Source: Amphiscolops sp. MND2022 (Eukaryota). Taken from it: a stretch of DNA of 64,000 bases. Position numbers and translations under genes: made by a program. The stretch covers positions 47,988,001-48,052,000 of the forward strand of contig OZ076415.1 in NCBI GenBank assembly GCA_964187785.1, given 5' to 3'. Of this stretch, positions 33,101 through 44,713 are shown in pieces. The notes beneath the pieces are model-generated. The model did no database searches. It was given only the letters and a program-made list of their open reading frames with translations, and was not told the DNA's origin. Each line of letters starts with the position of its first letter. The stretch's first letter is position 1.

Positions 33101-36100
33101 CACCTGACATTATCAACACTTTGAGACTTTTTGTTGAGATTTCCAACATCTGGATAGTCATCGGTTGCGTCAACGTCAAGAGTATCCATGGAGTCCGTTT
33201 CACTTTCAGAATTATCAGCGTGGGAACTTGCAATCTTTTCCAAACCAGGTCTCACCTTGATAACAGGATGCTGCTGGCCTGGATTCAGTCTACGTGCTTG
33301 CAACAATCTGGGGTCCACTAGCACCATTGCGTCACCGCCTTTCTCACTTACATCATGTATTATGGGTGGAACTGACATGCACTCGTCCAGACCTCTCAAT
33401 TTGGAAGGATTTTTGGAACTGTTGCTGTATTTCGTGCGCCGTGAAAACTTTGGAAGTGTGCTGTACAGGTTAGAGGCACGGAAGAATTTAGATTTGGAGC
33501 TATTACCACTTGACGAAGGAGGATACTTATGAGTGAAAACCTTAGGATCTAATGTTCTCAAGTCACATTCGTTTGAGAAGTCACTGTTCGAAGGCAAACT
33601 ATGCAATAAACTAGCACTGGGGGCTGACAAAGCTGTTCTCAAAGGTTTAGGAGGGGGTTTACCTGATTCTATGTAGTCTTCGGCTTGAACAGGCGAGTTT
33701 GATGATTTTTTACGCCCCAACATGGTTTCAGAATTGACAACAGTGTTGGGTTGATGATAAGACAAGCCCATCGCTAGGGCTTCGTTACGAGGAGGCTTTG
33801 ACGGTTTCGCGTCCGATGCACCACCTAGATGATTCACTGTTCCATAAATTGCATTCATTTCGTTGATGCTATTTGATACGAGCATGACATTCATGTCAAT
33901 TCGGTTCGCCACTGATTTTCTACAGGGCACCATTGATTTCATGGTCATGAGTTCACAATGTCTGATCAAGTATTCCAGCATTTTCATATGTTCGTAAGAA
34001 TCGTTGGCAGATGGCAGTTTACCGGACTCACTTTTCATTACTAAAGACTCGATGAAGTCATTTGTAAAGTTGGTGTTCAAAGAAATTCGGGTAGGAGATG
34101 CGTCTTTTCTTCTGTTGAGCGTAGCCTCTTTGACGCTTTGGGATCTAATGTCTCGTTCAGTTGTAGTTGCTTTTTTCTTGCGCATCAACGTGCCGAAAGG
34201 TTTGGCAAACAAACTGGTCGTGCTGCTACTGCTGGGTTTTGATGGAGCAGTTTGCGAGATAACAGCTTGATGGCTTTCTGAAAACTCCTTCATTTGGAAT
34301 CCCATGTTCTTCTTTCGTCCTATGGTATTTGGGGCATTTGGAGATGCGAAAGGACGAAGATCTAACGTAGGTGCATTAGCGGTAACTAAAGCAATAGAAG
34401 GCACAATTGCATCTTCGTCCACGCCGCCTGCTGCAGCTGTAGAGCCAGGCAACTCGGCGAAAGAGGCATTCGAGCCTGATGCAGATGATAAGCTTGAAGG
34501 GGTCAGTAAACTCTCAAAGTGAGGCCCGACTTCTTCTGGAGTCTGATTAAAGAACTTGCGTCTCAACTGCGTACTTCGTAATGTTGCAGGTACGGTGCTT
34601 GGTATTAAAAAAGTAGAAGCATCGGATGCCCCACGAACTAAGAAACAACTCTCTGAAGATTCAGACTTATTGTTGTCATAAACTGACAAACTGTTGGTCC
34701 TGTGCGAAACGCGGGAATCGCTAGAGGACAGAACGGAAGCATCGACGGTGGTGGCAGATCTGTTTGGAAGATCGGGTTGATTAGATTCAGCAGTGGTCCC
34801 TGAATCAGAAGGTCGTTTGTAGGGAACCGGTGACGTATGCATTAGTAACCTGGCTGTACTGCGCTGATTGGAGATGGGATCATTGTCTAAACTAGGTTCA
34901 GCGTCAGGCCCCGATGTGGCTATAGTTAGAGGAACATTTCGAAGAAAAGATGAGTTCAATTTCGAATCTGTATATCGGAATGAGGGAATTTGCGATTCAC
35001 CAACACCTGAGAATGTTCCTTCCAGAGTCGAAGGGCTCGGTGACCGCATTCTGAGCTTATTAGCAGAGTCGGGATCGAACACTACCATTCTTTCAGCAAC
35101 TGTTGCGGCACCTTGCAGATGATACCTAAACGCAAAACCATAGTATTATTATTAGCATTAACAACTAACTGAAAGCACTTTTTTGGTCACCAACTATCGT
35201 CGAATCAAAGCTTTGACATAAACAAATGAAGCTACAGATGATTTCAGTTATCAATTCTATTACTAAATTCTAATGATTTTCTATAGCAGCAGGGTTACTA
35301 ACTTTTTTGCACCAAACATTTTAGTGAAGGGAATTCTGAAATAACCATTATTCGAAAAGTGCTTGCAAGGATTTTTTCGGGCCAAAAAATAAAGACCACC
35401 GTTCCACTCCCTAAAATTATTTCCTGCCAAAAGTCCACGTGGGAAAGGAAAACGTATCTATCGAGCGCGTTTTTAGTCGGCGCTTTTCCTTTAAGGGAAA
35501 AATGCCCGACTATAGCAGTGACTGTTGTTAGTCGGCGCTTTAAATAAATTTATTTATCCTTTTAAGGAAAAATGCCCGACTATAGCAGTGATTGTTTTTT
35601 TTTAGTCGGCGCTTTATCCTTTTAAGGAAAAATGCCCGACTATAGCAGTGACTTTTTTCTTCAGACTACAATCCTCACACTGATCGGTCTTTTTAGAAAC
35701 AATCCTGAAACCAACTAAGGCCAAGTCCGGGGCAGGCAAACTTGCAAACTTAGTCCAAAGGGTCCCCCCTTTCATTTTTTACCTTTTCAAGGAAACATAC
35801 ACATCCGGACGTGCCTGAAGGGTCCCCCTTTGGATTTTTTTCGGCACTGTGCAACTTTTTAACAACTTAGCAACTTTCTATAGAAAATCAATTTGTATTT
35901 CTTGAGATATTTGACCGTTTTGTACAATCTTTAAAAATTTTCCACAGAGTTCAACGACAAAAATAGCTATTTGGCATGCTTTTTCAAAGATAAATCTGAT
36001 TGCTTTTGGAAAAAAAAACGAAAATGACCCAAAAAACCAAAAACTTTTGAGCGTTTTGTCGTGTATTGGCTATGCACAAGCTCTAGAAATATGTTGTCGC

Positions 36101-36642
36101 TAAAATAATTTAGGCCGGATACATCCCGGTTTTCAATGACCGTCTTGTTTAAATACAGCTTGGTTTAGAATTCCACAAAAACTAAACACAAAAAAGATGT
36201 AGTCTAAGTAACAACTCTGTGCAGGTATGAAAACATGCAAAAAATCTATTTGGATTCAAAAAAGACACTAATAGAAATTGAGGCAAACTACTAAACACCA
36301 ACGAAGCTGTAAACCATTGATTCAAAACAAACGGACAATAAATTGACCGTGGATGAATAAAAACAAGACTGACGAAGTGATTGCTTACTTTTGTGATATC
36401 TTTCTGGCATTTTTACTCTTGAAGTCAGAAGAACAAGAATCGGAACTTTCCAACTTTTTGCGCAGCTCTTCCCGCTCGTTCAGACTGGCTTGAACTTTGA
36501 GGGGCGCCACGACTTGAGGTTGAGTACTATGTGAAGATGATCCGTTTCCACTCGTAGATGAACCCCCTTTAGAGTTGGCAGCGTCTGCCTCGCTAGCACG
36601 ACTGGTCATCGCAGAATGTTTGGGAGTCGATGAAACCGACAT
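17918..36642 (-). CDS. DENND2: Host DENN-domain Rab GEF gene, DENND2/ST5 family, multi-exon
   Basis: uDENN, cDENN and dDENN motifs in consecutive exons after a long Ser/Pro-rich N-terminus. GT-AG junction phases are consistent for 36642-36389, 35125-33104 and 32837-32606, and for 22020-21875, 21295-20954, 20614-20217, 20047-19502, 18897-18667 and 18196-17918. The middle exons are less certain. Confidence 0.85.
18667..18897 (-). CDS. DENND2: DENND2-like exon (dDENN N-terminal part)
   Basis: tag|GTG acceptor, GTATGT donor, 231 bp, phase 0-0. VGDERKLLP...SESFLHFFVQVL. Confidence 0.8.
19502..20047 (-). CDS. DENND2: DENND2-like exon (cDENN)
   Basis: PVPAPG...VFASLLLERKV...LSVLSSC..AL..LIYPLTWEHVFVP...CPSPFLIG. 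tttag acceptor, GTAAGT donor, 546 bp. Confidence 0.9.
20217..20614 (-). CDS. DENND2: DENND2-like exon (uDENN)
   Basis: FCFPD...ETYSFMFTDDKGGQVFAYCRR...LPTVYCIIS. tttacag acceptor, GTTAGT donor, phase 1-0. Confidence 0.9.
20954..21295 (-). CDS. DENND2: DENND2-like exon (start of uDENN)
   Basis: ttttgtag acceptor, G|GTGAAA donor, phase 1-1. Ends in QLFIVALHVGLKHKK. Confidence 0.75.
21875..22020 (-). CDS. DENND2: DENND2-like exon (Ser-rich linker)
   Basis: ctctcag acceptor and an open frame. Its phase fits the next exon only if the weak GTCTGG donor at 21874 is used. Confidence 0.5.
23540..23880 (+). repeat. Copy of the abundant GGGGACCC-rich non-autonomous repeat family
   Basis: Shares AAAGTCTCACAATGC.GAAAAA, GGGGACCCTTT and GTAGAACTATTTTGGTCA blocks with 29030-29730, 39182-40160 and 43290-44713. 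Confidence 0.7.
23883..24056. mobile_element. MITE, Tc1/mariner-pogo type (174 bp)
   Basis: 19-bp TIRs CAGT(G/C)GATCCCGGATATAA with 1 mismatch, flanked by TA on both sides. Confidence 0.85.
24592..24866 (-). CDS. DENND2: Probable DENND2-like exon (donor not resolved)
   Basis: Open Ser-rich frame after an atttaag acceptor, GC-richer than the flanks, inside the gene span. Confidence 0.45.
25113..25546. mobile_element. Older MITE with degenerate CAGT-starting TIRs
   Basis: TA|CAGTAGAGCTCGCTTAATAAC at one end and GTTACTATGAGAACTCCACTG|TA at the other; about 21-bp imperfect inverted repeat. Confidence 0.55.
25691..25924 (-). CDS. DENND2: Probable DENND2-like exon (donor not resolved)
   Basis: gtttcag acceptor in phase 0, matching the 32606 donor. 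Basic helix KRELVRLKKKMKHLHRS. Confidence 0.5.
   Translation of the reverse strand: MQKATTVGRSTSCREQKPGTPNEKRELVRLKKKMKHLHRSLDNVLEIANGQKFTPSHSCNLSEDNSRHRLSKFHTYA
29030..29730 (+). repeat. Copy of the GGGGACCC-rich repeat family
   Basis: Sub-repeats AGTC(G/T)CATAGTGCCGAAAA and GAGACCCTTT/GGACCCTTT. Confidence 0.65.
29731..29796 (-). pseudogene. tRNA-derived (SINE-head-like) segment
   Basis: A-box TGGTCTAGCGG and B-box GGTTCGAACCC, but the anticodon and acceptor stems do not pair. Confidence 0.6.
30186..30256 (+). pseudogene. tRNA-derived (SINE-head-like) segment
   Basis: A-box TGGCACAGTGG and B-box GGTTCGAATC with a broken cloverleaf. Confidence 0.55.
32606..32837 (-). CDS. DENND2: DENND2-like exon (N-terminal disordered region)
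   Basis: tatgcag acceptor, AAG|GTAAAT donor, phase 2-0, consistent with the preceding exon. Confidence 0.75.
33104..35125 (-). CDS. DENND2: DENND2-like large exon (2022 bp, Ser/Pro-rich disordered N-terminus)
   Basis: 670-aa open frame, gtttag acceptor, AG|GTGTGT donor, phase 2-2. Confidence 0.85.
35470..35655. repeat. Three tandem copies of a ~60-bp unit (TAGTCGGCGCTTT...AAAAATGCCCGACTATAGCAGTGA)
   Basis: Three units are visible. Related motifs occur at 40070-40150 (inverted), 23830-23875 (inverted) and 44050-44100. Confidence 0.75.
36389..36642 (-). CDS. DENND2: DENND2-like probable first coding exon
   Basis: ATG 8 nt after a ttgcag acceptor. The AA|GTAAGC donor joins the 35125 exon in frame. 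Confidence 0.7.
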
Positions 36643-38314
36643 TGTTTTGGCTGCAATTTACAAACATCTACCAACACTGGAAATTAGACAAAATAATTCT
36701 ATTGAAAAGCTGATGAAATCGGTATGTTTTTTTACAGTACTTTGCTCAATGACGCTCGTCAAGAAAATCTCCACCTATCCGATTGGTTTGGCATTTCCAG
36801 CTAATCCTGGGAGCCCGGACATTGGAAAGAATTCATCAAGTATATAAAACAGGAAGGCTTCGGTATTTCGAAGTAAAAGGAAATTCCAAAGACCGAAATT
36901 CCTCTATTGGACTAATTGGACAGCTTTCGGAGACTCAAAAACTATTTCTTACTTTCATCCCTTTTTGTGCCCAGGTGAACGGTCACTCATTTGTACATAG
37001 GGTCCAGATCAAGATATTCTTTTATAGTTTAGCAAACAACAGCCATTTAAATTGCATTGAACAATTAAATGCATTGAACATTGAAAACGCCAACTAACCA
37101 GGACGATTACTCAAAGGGTTGTCCAATAAAGGTTGCTTCAAAAGTTTGAAATTGGAAGATGATGATGAAGAATTGTTAGGCAGCATTTGTTGGCCATCTT
37201 GGGGCACGCTTTGTCTTCTATTGACACCTGCTGCCTCTCCTCCATAAACTGGAGGCGATGACTTGTAAATACTCGGGACACCCTCGCCAAGCTGGGTTCC
37301 AGGAGACCTGTGAGAACAAACAAGGGTGAAAACTTCGAACACGCTGCATTGATTGGATAACTAACCAACGGGGCCAATTGTAATAAACAGTAAAGAGGAT
37401 ATGTATTTTGCAGAAGGGTTGGTTAGTTGTTGATTAGTTAAGTTAGCTCAAGAAGGATAAGAAGTTGAAGCTTGGCGGTGGATTTGGCGTGTGAGAAAAG
37501 AATTGCATATAAAATATAAGTTAATTACTAAGTGTATCATACGACGGTGGAGTGTTACACGTCGGTCGATCATTCGATGGTGGCTACTTTCACCGATGAA
37601 GTGAAGACGTTGGTAAGCACCGCAAAATGACAGCGACTTGAATTTGCTTAGGAAAGTTGGTGTTATCAAATTCATCAACTGGGGACATGTGTTTATGCAT
37701 ATTTGCAAAGTAAAACAAGACTTAGCAAAGTTTCACTTTGGGCTCTAACACCCATTATTGGGCAACTCCCGACAAGCTTTGCCCACATCAAACATTGTAG
37801 TTACTGTTTTCACGATATTCAAATTATTAACTCCAGTTTCTGCTGCGAGAACATTAACCTCAATCCTGAGCCTCGTTTTGACCCCACTTCAAAGTCAGCA
37901 AACGTGAATCCTGTTTCGCATCTGAAGAGAGCCAGTTCTACCAATTATTACACTAGTTTTACTTCAAGTGAAGCAACTTCATACATCAAGTGAATCGACC
38001 AATAATATTGAGCCGTATCTGAACGATAGCGCCACTTCAAAACTCCACATTCAGTGGGAAAATATCGAGTGAACTCTTGTTGCGAACCAAGGAGAACCGG
38101 CAATACAATTTTAGTTCTATGAATTAAAGTCCAATTTGAATGATTTAATCGCCGAAAATATCCGCTTTCAGTAGGAGCAGTAGGAGAACGAAAAACCGAA
38201 CAGTGATGAATAAGCCTTTTGTGATCAACAACGGCTACTTTTATTTTCGTAGTCCGATATTCATTCAAAATGATTCTCTATTAATTTGGAAATTGAGATT
38301 GAGTTGACTAAAAT

Positions 38315-38555
38315 TTTGATTGGCTTCCGGAAGTTTGCTCTTCGCTAGGTTCACTTCAAATCTAATTTGCTTCACTTATTTTGGAATTGAATGACTTTTG
38401 TTTCAAATCGTTTTTAATTGGCTGTCAACACCGCTTCGGCATTCGACGAAATCGGAATTCATTTGAACTAAAGTTGGTGTATTTAAAACACTACTTGTTG
38501 GCGAAACTGATTTAAATAAATGTAATAACTCCTATTGGCTTTTGAATTGGTCCGC
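38315..38555. promoter_or_regulatory. Candidate promoter (four ATTGG/CCAAT boxes and a palindromic ETS-like CTTCCGGAAG)
   Basis: ATTGG at about 38319, 38417, 38534 and 38546; CCGGAAGT at 38327. Lies upstream of the DENND2-like gene. Confidence 0.35.
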
Positions 38556-39181
38556 GTACGAAGAAATAACACTCGTTCACTTCATCGGTTCACAAAAACG
38601 TTCATCTCGTTGACAAAATCAGTTAATAAATGGATCGATAATTATATCTTAAAAAAAAGCAGATAAAGACTTGGAGTAGCCAATCAAAATTGCTTTACAA
38701 ATGGATCTATAAGTACATCTTAAAAAGATCACATTTACGTCTTCTATGATATTTCAGCTTACGTAGAAATATGAAATGCTGACGAGATGTTCATTGCATG
38801 CTGTATGCGTTTAGCTGTTATTTCATATTTCTTTTCAATTTTCGAAGAAGTGCAAAATACACTTGCTGTTTTGTACCCGGTAAACAAAATTCCGATACAT
38901 CCGTAGCTTTTATTGTCCTTTAAATACGATCAACCTCTTGATTAGGGTCCTTTTAGTAATGAACTTCAAATTCGAACAGTATAGCCTTTTCTTTTGATAC
39001 GCGTTTTAATGAACTTTTCCAGAAGATCCAACACAAAGACCTCGTTTATATCTGAAACCAATGCGCCAAAATTTTCAACAAAACTATTGATACCTTCGGC
39101 TCTTCAATTCCTCGAGAAATTCTTCGATTTTTGAAGAGGCTCCAACGCCCGAGCACGTCCGAGAACTTCACACCAAATGAA

Positions 39182-40160
39182 AACAAGCCACGAACAGCCC
39201 AAGTCGGCATCATATCTAAGGCTCAAAAATAGCAAAAGGACTTCAAAAGGTCAAAGTATTCGTGAATCGGGGATCCTTTATGAAAAAAATTGAGTCTCAC
39301 AATGCCGAAAAAAAATGAAAGGGAGACCCTTTGTGGTTTTTCAACATCCATTCTGTCGCAAAACCCCAAAAAAATTGAAGGGGGACCCTTTGAGTAAAAA
39401 AAAATTCCCGAAAAAAAGTCTCGCAATGCCGGAAAAAACTGAAAGGGGGACCTTAGTTTGGCCTCGTCAGGTATTGTATGTTACGCTGGAAACCTTTTTG
39501 GTTCAGTTCCTTGGGCCAACGGGTACAATTTGGGGTCTTCTTAACATTTTGTAGAACTTTTGGGGTAGAACTATTTTGGTCACTTCAGGTGTATCGAAAA
39601 ACAAGACGGGAACGTCTAAAGTCGGCGCCATATCTAAGGCTCAAAAAGCGCAAAAGATTTTTTTTTGAAAAAAATTGAAATTTTTGAAAAATTTTTTTTC
39701 TATCAAAAAAAGTCGCACAGTGCCGAAAAATGTAAAAGGGGGACCCTTCTGGATTTATTAACATACATTCCGTTGCAAAGTATCAAAAAACTCGAAAGGG
39801 GGACCCTTTGGGGACAAAAAAAAATTTGGGGACACGAAAAAAAAGTCGCACAGTGCCGAAAAAAATTCAAAGGGGGGACCCTGTAGTTCCGTCCGGTTTT
39901 GTATCTTACGTTAAAAATTGAGTACACGAAAGGGGGGACCCTTTGCAGTAACTCAGATATGATTCCGCTTGCCGGTGCAGTACTTTTAGTAGTTCTGTAA
40001 AAAGTGTCCACTACGCATACATTCTGTGGTCTGACGAAAAAAAAAGAAAAAAAAACTTGCCACTGTAATAGTCGGGCTCATTTTCTTCTAAAATGCGCCG
40101 ACTAAAAACACTGCCGAAAAGCCATGACTATAGTCGACTCTTTTCTCTAGAAAAGCGCCG
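39182..40160 (+). repeat. Composite copy of the GGGGACCC-rich family with two AACAAG-type ends (39182, 39600)
   Basis: AACAAG...CCAAGTCGGC(G/A)(C/T)CATATCTAAGGCTCAAAAA occurs twice, followed by multiple GGGGACCC sub-repeats. Confidence 0.75.
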
Positions 40161-42669
40161 ACTAAAAATGAAGTTCTACGCAGCATCGGAAACTCTTGGA
40201 AACCTTTGCCGGAATGGAAAAAGTGATCCAAAAATGAGGACTGAATGTGGAAAAAACTAGCATTTTTTCAATTGAAATTCAAAAAGTTATATTCGAATCT
40301 ATCCACGTACCTTTGGGGCTCAGTAACGAGTTGAGCAAAAATAGGTGCCGTTAGTTGATCAAGAGATATCCATTTAGTATAGGCAATTAAAATTTTTTGA
40401 CTAATAGCCGATTGTGCAATTTCAAGGTGGATAAAACATCAACCATGTGAAAGTGCTGTTCTCACAGGAAACATGGGCCAAAAACCGTTGAAACTGACTT
40501 TAGTGGCACAAAGAGGAAAATCATTACTTACATTTGCAACGAAGCCGACATCAAGTAATTGCGGAATGTTCAAGCGCAACAATATTTGGGTTTTCAGTCA
40601 TTCAATACCCTTCAAGCAATACAAGCTTAAATATTCGTCCAAATGATCTCACATCCTGCTATTGAAGTTGAAACGTCCAATATACAGTACGCAACCGAAA
40701 ACCATTATAAAACCAGAAACTTTATTGCCTCTGCGACGTATAAATAGTTCCAAGATAAGTCGTAACCTTCACAAGGACTTACTAAATTTGAAACATTGGC
40801 TTGCGTAGTCATCCCTATTTATTTTTAGATTTATATCATACTTTCTGTAATTCTGCAGGCGGAGTATAGAGCGGAAGAAAACTTGATGCGATACTCAAAC
40901 TCACAGTTATAGTATTTAAAGGATCAGTAGGGGATACACTGTACCATGACGAACTCTGCCAAAACACTATGCAACGGTGGAGTCAGCGGCAGTCCAAATA
41001 ACGAATAAATAATTCACGATCCTACTTGAAATTTACTTCCATGCTGGGAATGATATCGGTAAAAGAAGAGGTTGGCGGATATTACACATGAGGATTGATA
41101 GGAGGGTGATTAAAAATTGATGCAGTGAGGAGGGATGATGAGTAGAACCCACATCAAAAGCAGTATGACCCGTCACCATATCTTCTCTAGTTGCAAGGAA
41201 ACATTGGCTGATCATGTGACCACACAACCAACTCTTGCACGCAAGATGCACATCTACTTCCCAAAGGAAACACTCAAGCTTTGTAAGAACATAACCCTTA
41301 TGGCATTTCAGATTACCCACGCATAGGACCGACACACCATTTTTGTTTAATTCAAATTGTATCTTTTCTAGCTACAAAATTCTTGAATCATTAACTTTTT
41401 TTCAATAGAGTGCAAAAGTTAGTTCAAGTTAAAAGGCATCTGTATGTTGTGTCAGGACTGCACATAGCAACTCATTCAATTAGGAGTTCATTTTGTTAAA
41501 AATCTTTTCAATGTTTAGGGTGTTCCCGTAGTAGTATAAACCAAAGAAAACCCGTTTCCAGCATCGGTGGTGTGAACAAGTAAACTTCGACAAATCAGTG
41601 CAACAGGAATCGAATGACTTGAAACGTAGATTTTTAGCGCCACTCATGAAAAACGAACATGATTCGATGTACCGATTGAACAGTAAAGCTGCACTGCATT
41701 CATTCAACACGTTACAATTTTCTATTATAGAAAATAATAGCGAAAGAAGGAACCAATCAGAATGAGTGCTTCAAATTATTCGATTCCCAGAACCAACAAA
41801 CGTTATTACATGAAGAAAGGTGTTCAATTGAGGTGAGCGAGAGCGTTTCACTATAAGCGTGACTTCAGAAATTAGTCATACTACTTTTATATTGATCTTC
41901 ATTTTCTTACCAAGGAGAGAATCGGTTCCTGAAATATGGTAATTTCAACTGATTGACTATTTTTACAAAAGGCTAATAAAAAAGACACTTTTATGCAGCG
42001 GGATGTTTTCAGAGGTGAAGGTATTTCAGGATTGTGATCAGTAGATCAGTAAAACGTATTTCATAGCAAAAACTTCTCTCGAAGAAAAAATAAAAATTTC
42101 GAGAAAGATAGTTTTCAATTATATGTAGATCTCAGAACAAAACCATTAAAAAACACTGAATTTCCTTTTCAAATAAAACGCTATCGTTAAATCATTAAAG
42201 GCAGTGTACAAGACTGAAAACAAGATTATTGTTAAAATGAAAATACATATTAATAAATTTATGTAACATTAAAACCGGTAATCTCTCCAACACTTCTTCC
42301 TATATTCTGGATGCTCTATTTCATCGGCTATTTTACCTATAGAGTATCGTTTCAGTTTATTTTAAATAGTTTCGATAGAATATTTTTCCTTGCATAAAAT
42401 TAGTGGTAGGCTGTTCCACAAGGCAATAATTCTCATGAAGAAACTATTTTTCATGAAAGCACTTTTTGCTTGACAACCGCAACTAATTTCCTTTGTCCGT
42501 GACTGCGTTTTTATCAGAGCAGTTATTTTATTTGAGCTCTTAAAAGCAGGTAGTAAGTTATTCTGATATTTCCAGAAGTAGGTGACTGCTTTGAGATCTA
42601 AAAGAATTCTGATCGGGAAAATATTGTGCTTTATTAGATTAGATCACTAGAGGAATCAACCTTTCTTCG

Positions 42670-43105
42670 ATTGAATTAAGCTTTTACACCCCAATTTAGT
42701 TGTTTCTCTAGGGTTGTAAGTAAACTTTGCGAAACTCCATTATTTAATATTGCTGGATAATGTATATGGCTAATAACAAGAGAGTTGAGTAGCATTAGAC
42801 ATGTTTTATCTGGTAGAAACGATTTCACTGAGTATAACGTTTTAATTCCACATGCCATTCTCTTCAAAATATTTTTCACTTCATACTCATATGTCAATTT
42901 TTGATCTAAGTATATTCCAAGATATTTCACAAACGAAGAATGCTTTGTCAAATGATTTCCAACACGCAATGTAAGGGTTTTTGTAGAATTGTTTTTAGAT
43001 CTTTTACAGAAAACAATGAATTCAGTTTTACTCTCGTTGAGGTTTAATCGATGCCTTTCAAAATAGTCAACTAAGTTGGCAGCATTAGTTTCAAGTTGAC
43101 TTATG
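42670..43105 (-). pseudogene. 5'-truncated non-LTR retrotransposon (LINE) ORF2 fragment, RT C-terminal part
   Basis: LVDYFERHRLNLNESKTEFIVF, then VKYLGIYLDQKL...LNSLVISHIHY, typical of LINE RT domains 6-7 and the thumb. Confidence 0.8.
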
Positions 43106-43289
43106 GCAGTATTGAGACATTCATTGGAGACAAAAAGAAAAGTGTCATCTGTATATTGAACCAGTTCACATTTTTAGTAGGCCAGCAAACAAACAGATTT
43201 CTATATGGACCTCTGCTCATAATAGTAACTCAGTTAATTTTAGTAGTACCTTCCTCTTGCGACTTGGCCTGGAGGTAAACTGGAATTTA

Positions 43290-44713
43290 TGAGACTGTCT
43301 GAGAAGCGGGAAATGGTGGGTTGGAGTCTCCACTATGCCGAAATTTTTTTTCATGGTTGCAAAAATAGGAAGGAGACCAAAAGATTTTGAACCTTTTTAA
43401 ACCGAAACACCATCCCTCAACTTTTAGCAGAAACGAAGGGCTTTTTTTTGGGTACTATATAAATTCCAAAGTAACCTCATTTTTTGTTTTTTTTTCAAAG
43501 CTTTCTGTAAAGGAAAACTTTTTTCCAGGTCTCAAGGGTGACCGCATTGATTATTTCTTGATCCTGTGGAGGGATGAATTTTTTTCAATGATTTTGAAAA
43601 TGACATACGGCTTTTTTGGCCACTGCAACTTTTATTCGATAAAATTTTCAATTGATCAAGATGTACAACTTCACTTTGATAATCGTTTCCGGCCAGCGAA
43701 AAACGGCTCCTTGTTCGGCACTATGAGACTTTTTCAAAGAGGAAAGTTTTTGGGGAAAAAATGTTTTTCTTTTCAAAAATTCAGATGTTTGATGTTCCCA
43801 GTTTGGGAAAAAAGCCGTTTTCCATCTTACACCATTGCTTTTTTTAAGCTTGAGGGGGCGCCGACTTGGGCCGTTCCTGGTTTTTTGATTTTTACCATAG
43901 AAGAAACAGCAGGGTCGAATTATGTAGAATCAAAAATTGAGCAAAAGTTTCCAGAATCGAATTGTGACATGGTTTCATCTGGGATCGAACGATGTAAAAA
44001 CTTCATTAATATGCTGGGGGAAGAGAAATGGAGTCATACAACCATCTTTGATTTTTAGTCGGCGCTTCATGAAGTGAAACGCGACTATTATAGTGGCTTT
44101 TCTTTTTTTTTTCAATCCACACGAACTGACCAAAATAGTTCTACAAAAGTTCTACAAAATATTATTGCACCAAATTACACTATTTGGTCTAGCGAACTGA
44201 ACCAGAAAGATTTTTCCTGTTTTCCCGCGTAAAATACCATACCCGGCGAGACCAAAGGGTCCCCCCTTCCAATTTTTTTCGGCACTGCGAGACTTTTTTT
44301 CCGGAAAATATTTTTTCCTCAAAGGGTCCCCTTCAATTTTTTGCTGTTTTGCGACAGAATGGATGTTGGAAAATCCCAAAGGGTCCCCCTCTGTTTTTTT
44401 CGGCACTGTGAGATTTTTTTCCGAAAATAAAAATTTCCCCCCTTCAATTTTTTGATGTATTGCGACAAAACCCCCTCAACTGCGACAAAAATGTTCAATT
44501 TCGGAAGTGTCCCCCTTTCAGCGCACCAGGGGCTAGCGGGCCCCGGCGCGCCACTCTGTTCATTTTTTTGAGTGAGTAATCTTTTCGAAAAATTTTTTTC
44601 CGTATAATTTTCGATTTTCGAGTACTGTAAAAGAGAATACTTGACACTTGGAAGTCTTTTTGCTATTTTTGAGCCTTGGATATGGCGCCGACTTGGGCCG
44701 GTCCCGGCTTGTT
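43290..44713 (-). repeat. Inverted copies of the GGGGACCC-rich family
   Basis: Reverse complement of AACAAGCCGGGACCGGCCCAAGTCGGCGCCATATCCAAGGCTCAAAAATAGC ends at 44713; a second similar end lies near 43886. GGGTCCCC sub-repeats. Confidence 0.7.

Noticed and set aside
41033-41335. Possible LINE C-terminal zinc-knuckle remnant (HHIFSSCK..LA)
   Set aside because: Similarity is too short and degraded to support a call.
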